Of a stretch of DNA of 64,000 bases, positions 1-9,536 are shown in pieces. Positions within the stretch are counted from its first letter, which is position 1; each line of letters starts with the position of its first letter. The notes under the pieces were generated by a model. The model was not told the origin of the DNA, did no database searches, and was given only the letters and a program-made list of their open reading frames with translations. The position numbers and the translations under genes are program-made. This stretch comes from Epithemia pelagica (lineage: Eukaryota > Protista > Bacillariophyta). The DNA lies in assembly GCA_946965045.2 (NCBI GenBank), contig OX337236.1, positions 496,001-560,000 of the forward strand, given 5' to 3'.

Positions 1-1830
1 TTATTCGCCACACACTCATCGTATGGGTTCACAACAAAACCCCATTCAACCAGTTGCTTGCTTAGCATCTCCCAAAATAGCCGAGCTGCCTTTAGAGTAC
101 CGTAAAGGGCCTTGTCCAACACCACGTACAACGCTTTCTCCCCTTGTTCATAGCATATGTAGCCAGCATAGCATGGGTCAATTTCCAGTAACATCTCTAG
201 CATTTCCCCAGTAAATCTGATGTGAACAATGTCGTCCATATCTGCCTGCATAAAGGCCCCTGGGACATCTACCACTGCAACGTCTCGTTTTTCTTTTGCA
301 TCGATAGCGGCTGTTAGTAAAACCGATTCTGTTTTTACTGTAGGTGACGTCGAATCCTCTTTGGGTATATAATCGCGCTGTTTGCGCCCATCCGCGTATC
401 CGCGACCCTTCACTTTGCCTGTTCTCTTCCTTTTCAGGAACATAAGATAGGCCAGCGCATCTCTTCGTTGTTTTGGTGTTAAGCTATACCGCGCGACCGG
501 CCTCATAACCTTTCTGTCATGCAGTTGTCTCATCTCTTTCCGAACAGCGTCCAATCCTTCTTCGCCGAACTTTTTCAACCCCAACTTCAATGACATTTGT
601 GGAGTCTCCACGGTATCTTCAACTCCTGCCACTTCAGCCATGACTGCACCATCCTCGTCCTCATTTTCTCGGTCGCTTGTGTCAAATTCCTCAGGATTGT
701 ATCTGTGACTATAGTCTCGTGTTCTGCGGCTTTGTAAGCTGTATCTTCCTTCATTCTCACGGTTGCCACTTTCCTCCTCATCATGTTGTGACTGGTCATC
801 ACCTTCTTCAGCCGCAGCCATCACTGGGTCATTATTTTCGTCCGTATTGTTCACGGACCACTCTTCCTGTTCTTCTTCAATCGGCACGTCATCCACGTCG
901 GCGTCATCATCGATAGGGTCCATAGCATCATTCTCCGGCTCCTGTTCCATGACAACTGGTGGCACTCCTTCATTTTCCGCTACCTCCATTACGGGCAACA
1001 CTCCTTGGTTTTCCTCCACCACGGGCAACACTCCTTGGTTTTCATCCTCATTGTCGGCAATCTCATCCTCTGGATCGTCGTACTCGTCGTACTCATCGTC
1101 TATTTCGTCCATCTCGTTGGGGTTAAAGTCGTCATCGTCTTCGTCGTCATCATCCAAATCAAGAATGTTTGCCAGGTTGTTTCTGTCCCCGAACACAAGA
1201 CCAGGGTTTGCCTTTTGTTGCCGTGCCATCCTGTGCACCCGATCGATAACATCGTCAGGCATAGGTAGAGCAGTTGCGTGTAGTCGATTAATAACTCGTC
1301 CCGTTGAAAGACTGAGAAAATAATAACTTCCTTGGGCGTTTCCGGTCGGTCGTAGTGCGAGTGCCCCAATCGTCCTTGGGTCCATAGAGTTGTCGTGCTC
1401 TTCGTGTGTTTGGCAGTATTCCCCGAATTGATACTTGCAGTGGCGGCTATAATCTAGCTTTTGTCCTGTAATGATCGTTCTGGGACTTGCCTCTTGAGAT
1501 ACGCCACTCGCAATAGGAAACCCGTTCAGCCAGAACACAGCCGACTTTGCCATTTTGATGACTAGTCTCCCAGGTATTTTCTTGAACGGTAGTGTATTGT
1601 AAGTTGCCCGAATCCGCTCCTTCATCGTCCTGATGTATCTTTCCACGTCTCCAACGTGTTCGTCTCTCGAAGTATCATTGAGTGCGATCCCCATGTCGGC
1701 TAGAGCGCCCTTCAAATACGAAAATGCGCCATCCATCAGTGACGATTCCACCTTGAAACCGGCTCTTCGATATACCTGGCAGATGTGTTTGATTGCTTCC
1801 AACATTGGGCCTTCCTTCAAGCTCGCCATG
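1..1830 (-). mobile_element. Ty1/copia (CoDi-type) element A: C-terminal part of integrase, acidic linker and N-terminal RT; runs off the window edge
   Basis: Hand translation of the minus strand is open from about 2009 to base 1. It gives the integrase core (LMDGAF...DEHVGDVERYIRTMKER...CKYQFGEYCQTHEEHDNS...ALRPTGNAQGSYYF), a D/E-rich linker with a 30-bp tandem repeat at 991-1043, then RT (LMFLKRKRTGKVKGRGYADGRKQR...VDVPGAFMQAD...KALYGTLKAARLFW...NPYDECVAN). IN before RT is the copia order. The ORF track omits it because it has no stop inside the window. Confidence 0.92.
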
Positions 1831-4800
1831 GCTTCAAACCAAAGACGCGGAGCACGACAGTCTCCGTACAGACTCTTGTGGACTTGCAAAACTTTGTCGC
1901 CATGTCCTTCGCCATAGCCGTGAGGCAGGTTCACGTAGATTGGTTCCGGAAGACTGGATTGGACGAATGCGTTTTTGAAATCAATGGATGCTGTTGCCAA
2001 ATTGTGTTGTTATGCGAGAATCAACAATAAACGAACGGCGGGCCAATCGATCACCGGAGCAAATGTGTCTTCTTTGTCAAAGGTAGCTTTTTGCTGGTCT
2101 CCTCGAGCGACGAGACGGGCTTTGTATCGTGAGAGAGTCCCATCGGGCAGTCGCTTTCGCTTCAAGGTCCACATGCTGTCAACGATTTCCTTTCCGTTTG
2201 CAGCACTGCGTGGGACAAGAGTGAATGTTCCTTTTCCCTCCAGTTCGTCGAGTTCGCAATCCATGGCAATGAACCATTTTTCTTGTTCTTCCTGGTCCAT
2301 GTGTCGCACGTCGAAGTATGACGGGTTATTGGCATCAAAAGACTTGGAAGCAAAATATCGTGGGTCCCAGTCGTCAATAATGCCATGAGTGGTACTTGAT
2401 TGCAGCTGGTACAAACGGTCATGGAAGTAACTGGGATGTTCGTGGTCTGGATTGCTGTAGTGGTCCCAATTAAGGTGATTGGCATATGAGGCAAAACTGG
2501 ACGGGTCGGTATTGATGGCTTGAGTGAAGAAGAAGCGGTGCATGTCGTTTGAAAAGGTGTTGAAACGATGGAGACTGTGGTGGTTGCTCCATTCGCTGGT
2601 TGGGAGATCGAAGGTGACATGTCGCTCCGGATCGGGAAAACGACGAGGTGCGGCACGTTGGCGACGAGAACGACGAGGACCGGAATCCAACTCTGGCTCG
2701 CCCAATTCAACTGGCGGTTCCAACTCTGGCTCGCCCAATTCAACTGGTGGTTCCAACTCTGGCTCGCCCAATTCAACTGGCGGTTCCAACTCTGGCTTGC
2801 CCAATTCAACTGGAGGCATAGGTGTACTGGGAGTACGTGGTGTACGTGGTGGAGTAGAAGGAGGATTGGGAGAAGCTGGCGCTGGTTGTGGATCAATGCG
2901 TGGAGTTCTCTCGCCCTCGTCGGCAATAGGAGGATTGGCGGCGACAGATCGGGAAGGGGGCGCCCAGGAAGAATCAAGTGGAGGCAAGTCCCGGCGATGT
3001 CCGAGCAGTGATCTTCAAGATAGGTGTCGCGAGTAAAGAAATCCGGGAGGTCAATCGGACCCAAAGGAGCTTCCCAAGAACTGTGCACGGTGTGGAAAAG
3101 CTCGTCGTGGACGACATGGAACTGAGGGCTAATGTGGTTGGTAGTCAAATTCCGAATAAGTCCAATGGTGGTGGAGTGTTGCGTCAAAAAACCGAGAAAT
3201 TGACCTTGTCGAGCTCGGGGAGACCACTTCGGAACCTTCTTGCCATCTTGGAGACGTGGGTCCAACACATACGAAGGACAACCCCAAACTCGTAAGCAAC
3301 GTAATTGGGAACAATGTTCTTTCACGCCAGTGAACAATTCCATGGGGGAGAGAGTGGAGTCTTCACGTGGTACGTGATTATCGATCCAAACGGCATAGTC
3401 GAGTGCCATGGGCCAAAGGTTTGGAGAAAAGCCGTCGGGCCAATGCAAGTGGCAATGGATCATCATCGTTCGGGCCATACTTGTAACGGTTTGGATGGCG
3501 CGTTCGGCACCACCGTTCTGATGATGAGCGCCAACACCGGACACAGTATGCAGGGGTTTGACTTCGAGATGGTCCGCCTGTAACGATCGTTCAAAGGCAT
3601 CACTAGTAAGAATGCCGTTGTCGGAGTGGTAACGTCGGATGGTGCGACCGACTTGACTTGCAAACGTTTCGAGGGAGAATTTCGATCGGATGGTGTCGCT
3701 CCCGCCGAGTGAGACTTGATGGTATACAAAGATGGCACGGGAAGCATGATCGAAAAAGAGAGTTCCACCACAAAAACGATGTTTGGCGCGCTCACGTCCT
3801 TTGGTGTGATACAAACGTCCACGAACAGAGGACTCGTAGTGGTCGATGGACACCAAATCTCCAGGTTCCAATTTCAAAGGATCATGAGGGATGTGCCCGG
3901 CATCAGAACGTGGTCGCTTGACAGTAGACTTGGTGGGACGACGTTTGGCTTTACCCAACAAACAGGCTCGACATTTTGGAAGTGGACAAGTAAGACAACC
4001 AGTGCCTTTTGGTTTGAGACAAGAGTCGGGGCTGGTCTCATGACAGTGGTAGAGGTTTTGGATCTGGCGCATGTTCAAGTGTCCTAATCGTTGGTGATCC
4101 AAGAGTAAATGTTTCTGAGCGGTAGTCAAGTTCTCATTGCTTGTTGAGAGAACGTCATCAGGGTCAACAACTTGTTGGTTCAAGGCATCAGCGAGAGTAG
4201 CTCGAGGCATGTCATGAGGCTTGGTACAAAGAGGACAACGACACCAGTTGGTAGTGCTGCAACGACATTGTGGGTCATTGGCATGACTATGGACCTTTGT
4301 TGAGACGTGAACATTTTTGGCTTTAACCAAAGGGAGGTTTACATTGTGGTCGATTGGAACGGTTAGTCGCCCACCAATGGCGTCAGTTTTGATGCTGGCA
4401 TAAACATGATTGCTCTCGAAACTTGGGAATCGTTGATCCAAGTTAAGGTAATCGGCACAAACTTGTGGGGAACAGAGTCGACTTCCAGCAGCTTTGCAAA
4501 GATTGGCAGGGAATGTCCAGCGAATGAGGTCTCCATTTTTGCTGATTGCATCGTACGCCACAATTCCAGCACCAATGATGGGAAACTTGTTTTCGTCAGC
4601 CGCAGTGGACATCGAACCAAAATTGCCGTAAGTAATTTCAACGAAGTCGTCAGAGGACATCGTGAGTCCGTGAGATGCTCCAGTATCTAAGATGATGTTC
4701 AAAAGAGGGTCTGCTGATGAACAAGCTTGGGGTTCTTCAATAAACATTGTCGGGTCAAGACGGATGTTGAAAAGTTTTGAATATGTTGTCGGAGTCAAGC

Positions 4801-5635
4801 GGTGTGAACGAATCAGATTACTGAAATCATCTCCGAGTTCTTCGAGAGTCAGATCATCAGGGTGAGGAGCAAGGTCGATGTCAGGTCGGGTTGAAAAAGG
4901 TGCTAAGTCAAACAGAGTCTCGCTGCAGAAGGCGCTAAAATGTGGGCCGTATCCAGTCAAGTGAAGATAACGTGGCCGTGGTACAAAAGGTGTTTCCTCA
5001 TCATCAAAACCAAGGATGTCAAGAACTGATTTCCAATCAAAAGTCTTCAAGGAAGGAGTCAACATCAGTTCAAAAAGGTACGTAGAGACAGTATCGTCGT
5101 CAAGGCCATCAATGTAAGAGTTCCAAATCTTGAGGTGTCGTTTTGATAAACGATATTTGCGTCGCATCTCGCCCCGTACCCGAAAGGAAGGAGTGAACGA
5201 CTGTAAGCAAAAAGGGTATGTACTGGAAGCAAATCGAACGAAGCCAGTGTGGATGCTGGTCAAAGATGCGGAAGAAAGGTTAACAACGCGGTCAAGGAGC
5301 ATTAAACGACAATCAAACCCACTTGGAGGGAAGGCGTGCGGTAGTAAGATGTCAGAGTCGATACGATCCAAGTGACGCTGAAGGGTACCCAACGTAGGAA
5401 GAGGAACAAGGAAGCCAGTAACACCCAACAAGGAAGCATCGCAACAACTCGAAAGAACAAGCCACAGGTAGAAAAGGGAACCAAGCCAACGTCGATGTAA
5501 AGTTAAAGGGGGAAATCGAAGCAAAACAAACAAAGTAAAACAAACCATCATGGCGGCAAACGAAAGGATGGGCCAAGACCAACAAAGCAAACCAAAGCCA
5601 GACCAAAACAAGGGACACCACGACAGAATCTCCAT
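1831..5635 (-). pseudogene. pol of element B (aspartic protease, integrase, partial RT)
   Basis: Protease IILDTGAS; HHCC zinc region (RLGHLN...PKCRACLLGK); DDE core (VSIDHYES, YHSDNG, QNGGAERAI); KVPKWSPRARQGQFLG; RT WTLKRKRLPDGTLSRYKARLVARGDQQ and IDFKNAFVQ...KSLYG. Lesions are a frameshift at about 2990 and an in-frame TAA at 2010-2012. RT stops at about 1831, before the YVDD motif. Confidence 0.92.
2686..2816 (-). repeat. 33-bp tandem repeat x4 encoding PPVELGEPELE in the IN-RT linker
   Basis: Unit tccaactctggctcgcccaattcaactggcggt at 2686, 2719, 2752 and 2785, with 1-2 substitutions per copy. Confidence 0.95.
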
Positions 5636-5678
5636 GAAATCAAAGCAAGGGGCAGAAGAACACTGGAGGGATGTTCGC

Positions 5679-6600
5679 TAGAGCTGGGTCAAGCGTCAAG
5701 CGCTCAAGCGCTCAAGCGCTTGACCTCTCAAGCGCTTGAGGAGCTCCAGCGCAGAAAGGGTGTTGCTTGAGAGCTCAAGCGCTCAAGCACCCGGACTACC
5801 GGAAAGTCCCTAAACGTAGCAAAAACCCTAATTCATCTGCCCTTCACACCTTTCCAAAATGCCCGAGAACTCCAGTGATGATGAGAATGAGTCATCATAC
5901 CATCCAGATGATGATAATGATGAGCAAGTGTCCGAAGAGGAACTAATAGCAGGAAGTTCCTTCTCCAACCAAGAGGGCAAGGACAGAAGTGGAGTTTGAA
6001 GTCAGTGACACGCTGGGAGAAATGATGGATGACAAAGAGGATGACAATGGAGACTCCAGGAAGATTTATAGTGGAGGGGTATCCTATGCTACCATCTGCC
6101 GTCTTGAAATTGACAAGTTCCGTACAACGGCAGGACTTAAAATGTACTACGTGAACAAGGCTGGGACGAAAGTTGCACAAGATCCTTTGCTCTCTTGGTG
6201 GAAAGGAAAGGCAAGTGAGTTTCCCAATATTTGGTGACTTGCTCTTAAGTATCTTGCCATGCCGGCAACAGCAGCCTCCTCTGAACGGGCATTCAGTATT
6301 GCTGGTCTGATAATCACGCCAAAACAATCATACTTTGATCCTTCAACAGTTTCTGATCTCCATTTTTTGCGTGAGAACTGGGGAAGTATCTTCTAACAGA
6401 GTTTCCATTGCATATCAGTTACATAATAAGAGTAGTTACCATTTCACTAGAGGTATTGCGATGAGTCTATTGCCATAGTTTCCCGTGTTAGCCCTGTTCG
6501 CTGCCGCTTGAGCGCTTGAGCGCTTGAATTTGGTCCTAGCTCAAGCGCTCAAGCGCTTGAGTTCTCCAGCAGAAAAAAGCTGTTGCTTGACCCAGCTCTA
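5679..6600 (+). mobile_element. Non-autonomous, internally deleted hAT DNA transposon, 922 bp
   Basis: Perfect 16-bp TIRs TAGAGCTGGGTCAAGC (5679-5694; reverse complement at 6585-6600). Perfect 8-bp TSD ATGTTCGC (5671-5678 and 6601-6608). Subterminal arrays of TCAAGCGC/GCGCTTGA at both ends, and a transposase remnant inside. Confidence 0.96.
5989..6396 (+). pseudogene. hAT transposase C-terminal dimerisation-domain remnant
   Basis: DPLLSWWKGKASEFPNIW*LALKYLAMPATAASSERAFSIAGL...LHFLREN matches the hAT dimerisation motif, with a premature TGA at 6235-6237. Confidence 0.92.
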
Positions 6601-6612
6601 ATGTTCGCCCCA

Positions 6613-8016
6613 TTAAAAATCCCGACGTCGCAAAGATGAAACGGAAGCAATGGTACCGGTTTGAGTAGACGATGAAGGTGGAGAAGTAGAGTCAGCGACG
6701 GTAGCATCGGAATCATCAGAAGTGGTAGTGGTGCTTGCAGCGGCAGGAGTGGAAGGAGTGTTCTGCCGACGAGCTCGGACCTTGGTTGGATCATGGCGAG
6801 AAGTGCTATGGTTGCCCCAACGGCCCACACCATTGTCGGTACCGTTAGGACACAAAGCACACCACCAAATCTTCTTATCGCCGTTAAGGGGGTGAGGCCG
6901 CCAGTTGGGTTCACCCTCACCAGGAGGAGTAGTGTCAATGGGAAGACGAGTCCGGCCTCCACCAGATTTACCCCCGTTGTTGGAGGAAGATTTCTTACTG
7001 TCGGACAAGGTTTCATTACTCGTGAAAGAAGAACTGTCGGAACTACTTGTGGGCAACCATTTGTCGGCCAAGAGGAGATCATTGTACTTGAGAATGACAC
7101 GTTCACAGAGCGCCACAAAGTCTTGTAAAATAGCATCATCATTGTTCTCGAGGTTGTCAAGAAATCCAAGTAACTTCGGAACGGTGCAAGTTTGAAGCTG
7201 AATGAAGAAGATATTAGCAACATCCTTGGGAACGTGTCCACTGACATTCAAACGCATGATAGCGTTGTTGAAAGTCGCGCAGAAGTTAGGGATGTTTTCT
7301 CCAGGGTAATCAGTGACCTTGTGGGACTCCAAGCGACGGACGATATTGCGAGCAGCTTTATGAGTCGTGGACATCATTTGGTTCAAAATCATGTGAAGAA
7401 TGAGAGGTCCGCCTTGTTTGTTTTGGGGAATTGAGATCAACCGATGCTCGATGTCAGAGCGAAGGGTGGATTCACACGATCCCAGAAGTAACTCTTGGCT
7501 CCATGAAAGGTTCTGAGGATGGATCCTCTCGCTAGTATTTTTAGCATAGACTTGATTACTTAGGCGAACTTGTCCCTCACTGATCGTACAAGCACTGCTC
7601 AACAAATCCACGGTAGGCTTTGTCTCATCCAGGTCACCAGAAGCCGGATCGATGGGGAGAACTTGGAACACGGACTGCATACAGTAGCTCATCAAACGGC
7701 CCTTGAGGTTGAAGAGCTGCATCATGACTTTGTTGTTGTGGCCAAAGAAGTCGGTGTCATCCGTGATACGAATGCTGGTGGTTTCCAGAGTAAAGGCAGG
7801 GGACAAAGGAGATACAGCTTCATTGCAGAACTCAAAGAGATTCTTGCCTCCCAAAGATCCACGGTACTTGGGGGTAACGGTATCGGCAAAAGCTCCAAGT
7901 TCAAAGTCACGACTTTTCTTTGCCGTGAAAGTGATACCATTCACGGTGGCCGTATCACCACTCAGAGTCGGAGCAGCGGCTTTGGTCGGCGTCGAGAACG
8001 GAGTGTTGATCTTCAT
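6613..8016 (-). CDS. gag of element B
   Basis: Intact frame from the ATG at 8016 (the frame is closed upstream by TGA at 8062-8064). Contains NLSWSQELLLGSCESTLR, GGPLILHMIL and VTDYPGENI, plus the C-terminal Cys/His motif WCALC...WGNHSTSRH, as in diatom copia Gag. Lies upstream of PR-IN-RT. Confidence 0.85.
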   Translation of the reverse strand: MKINTPFSTPTKAAAPTLSGDTATVNGITFTAKKSRDFELGAFADTVTPKYRGSLGGKNLFEFCNEAVSPLSPAFTLETTSIRITDDTDFFGHNNKVMMQLFNLKGRLMSYCMQSVFQVLPIDPASGDLDETKPTVDLLSSACTISEGQVRLSNQVYAKNTSERIHPQNLSWSQELLLGSCESTLRSDIEHRLISIPQNKQGGPLILHMILNQMMSTTHKAARNIVRRLESHKVTDYPGENIPNFCATFNNAIMRLNVSGHVPKDVANIFFIQLQTCTVPKLLGFLDNLENNDDAILQDFVALCERVILKYNDLLLADKWLPTSSSDSSSFTSNETLSDSKKSSSNNGGKSGGGRTRLPIDTTPPGEGEPNWRPHPLNGDKKIWWCALCPNGTDNGVGRWGNHSTSRHDPTKVRARRQNTPSTPAAASTTTTSDDSDATVADSTSPPSSSTQTGTIASVSSLRRRDF

Positions 8017-8596
8017 GGTGGTAAGCAAAGGGACTTGGTAAGGCTTCAGAGAGTCTTGGGTTCAGAGCAACGTTGTGCTTTTACAATGAGTGAAAGAAGG
8101 TGAGGACTAATTTGTGAAGCGGTCGTGAAAAAATGGGAGTCAATTGAATTCAAAGGTAGCGGTTCGGAATTTGATACACAGTTCACGTTGAAAGGTAGCG
8201 GTTTGAATTGGTTGGAAGTCAAGGGCTGTGTTATCTTGAGTCTCACCACAATTCGAGGGTTAAATGTTGTTTTAAGACCAACCATGTTCCAAAGTGAGTA
8301 TGTCAAAAAGAGTAGGAATATCCAGCGGTAGCGTTTGAGCTCATAACCTGTCGTTGTGTGAGTGTTTAAGGAGGCGCTCGCTTTGAGGGTGTTGTAGAGG
8401 AGTCGAATGGTCGTAACCGCTTGGGGTTGACCATTGTGGGACGATTCATTTGGAAGGTTCATAGTCGGTCTATGGAGTGAGGAGTTTGTCTTTTGAGTAA
8501 GTTTGAAAATTATGAGACGGAGCTAGGACTATGTTTTGTGTGGTGAGTGGTAAGGTTGATTCGTGCATGTCTGAGTGAGTAATGGATGGTATCGCC

Positions 8597-8900
8597 TGGA
8601 GGCGTTTGTTGTGACACCCCCAACGATCGAACAGAAACAAAAGATACCCTCACAAACGTGAAACGACTGATTATCAGACCCGCGTGACGTCTCTATGACG
8701 ACCTGAATGCAGTAATTATATCGTCCCGGTCGCCTTGATAGGAGGCACTCTTATATAGGTTAACAGCACATTGAGCAAAACCACACGAGCTCTATTATGA
8801 TGCATTACCATCCATTTATTCTCTAGAAGTATAGATTCAGTGCCAGAAGGAACACCTAGAGGAAAGAAAAACTCTTGTACGGATCTTCATCGCTACTTAC
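8597..8900 (-). promoter_or_regulatory. Candidate 5' LTR/promoter region of element B (limits uncertain)
   Basis: Non-coding, upstream of gag, with a TATATAAG box on the minus strand at about 8751-8758. There is no partner LTR in the window and I could not recognise a tRNA PBS. Confidence 0.4.
8666..8711. repeat. 46-nt dispersed element, copy 1
   Basis: Ungapped 38/46 identity to 12228-12273 (counted by hand). Confidence 0.85.
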
Positions 8901-9040
8901 CATCATAGCAATCATGGTCGTCGCTTCCCGTCAGAATGATCGGGGTTAGCTCAAGTCTTCTTCGACCTATATATCTTCACGAAGAATGTCCGGACGTTTG
9001 AGCTGAATGCGTTTCCACAGGCTATGGAAAAGATGATCTA

Positions 9041-9316
9041 AGGCGCGGAGAAGAGCCCTCTTGATCTTTCCGCTTTTGGTTGTGTTCGTCCAAAAAGAGT
9101 CTACTTTTCTTCCGTAAAAATCGCGTGGGGCTCTTTCGATCGACCGCTACACTTCAATTCCAGAATCAGTTGCGGAGGCGCAGAGAAGAGCCCTCTCGAT
9201 CTTTCCGCTTTTGGTTGTTCGTCCAAAGAGTGGTCCTGCCGCTACTTTTCTTCCGTCAAAATCGCGCGGGGCTCTTTCGATGGACCGCTGCACTTCAATT
9301 CCGGAATCAGTTGCGG
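9041..9316. repeat. Tandem duplication of a 135-141 bp non-coding unit
   Basis: Unit aggcgc(g/a)gagaagagccctct...gaatcagttgcgg at 9041-9175 and 9176-9316, with small indels. Confidence 0.93.
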
Positions 9317-9536
9317 GGCGGCCTCACCAAGTGCAACTGCGGGATGCGCGCCTCGTCAATCCCTCAAGTGACACCAGTACATCCCATGCGGGATACTGCT
9401 CGAACTCAAAACTCGCTAATTGATGTCACATCAAGAAAAGTAAAGACAACATCTTAGCGATAATGCTTTACTATTAGTATTTTGTTTCATGCATCAGAAT
9501 TATCGATTTCTCTAAGCTTAGATTCCTTCACAACCG

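Larger units (their letters stand above)
1831..8900 (-). mobile_element. Ty1/copia (CoDi-type) element B: 5' region, gag and pol (PR-IN-partial RT); degenerate, 3'-truncated and interrupted by a hAT element
   Basis: gag at 6613-8016 and pol at 1831-5635 with the domain order PR-IN-RT. The right (5') boundary is approximate because no second LTR is available for comparison. Confidence 0.9.

Noticed and set aside
2686-2816. 33-bp repeats of CRISPR-like length
   Set aside because: The repeats are contiguous with no spacers, lie in frame within pol, and the context is eukaryotic with no cas genes.
8587-8596. TGGTATCGCC resembling a tRNA-Met primer-binding site
   Set aside because: It is on the strand opposite to gag/pol and matches the canonical TGGTATCAGAGC over only 7 nt.
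8660-8677. GAAAC and CTGAT.A motifs suggesting a hammerhead ribozyme
   Set aside because: The motifs are adjacent with no room for the stems, and the CUGANGA core is not matched.
8820-8860. CTAG sites as possible Helitron 3' ends for the NTPase-REase unit
   Set aside because: They are not followed by the target T on the minus strand, and I saw no convincing subterminal hairpin.
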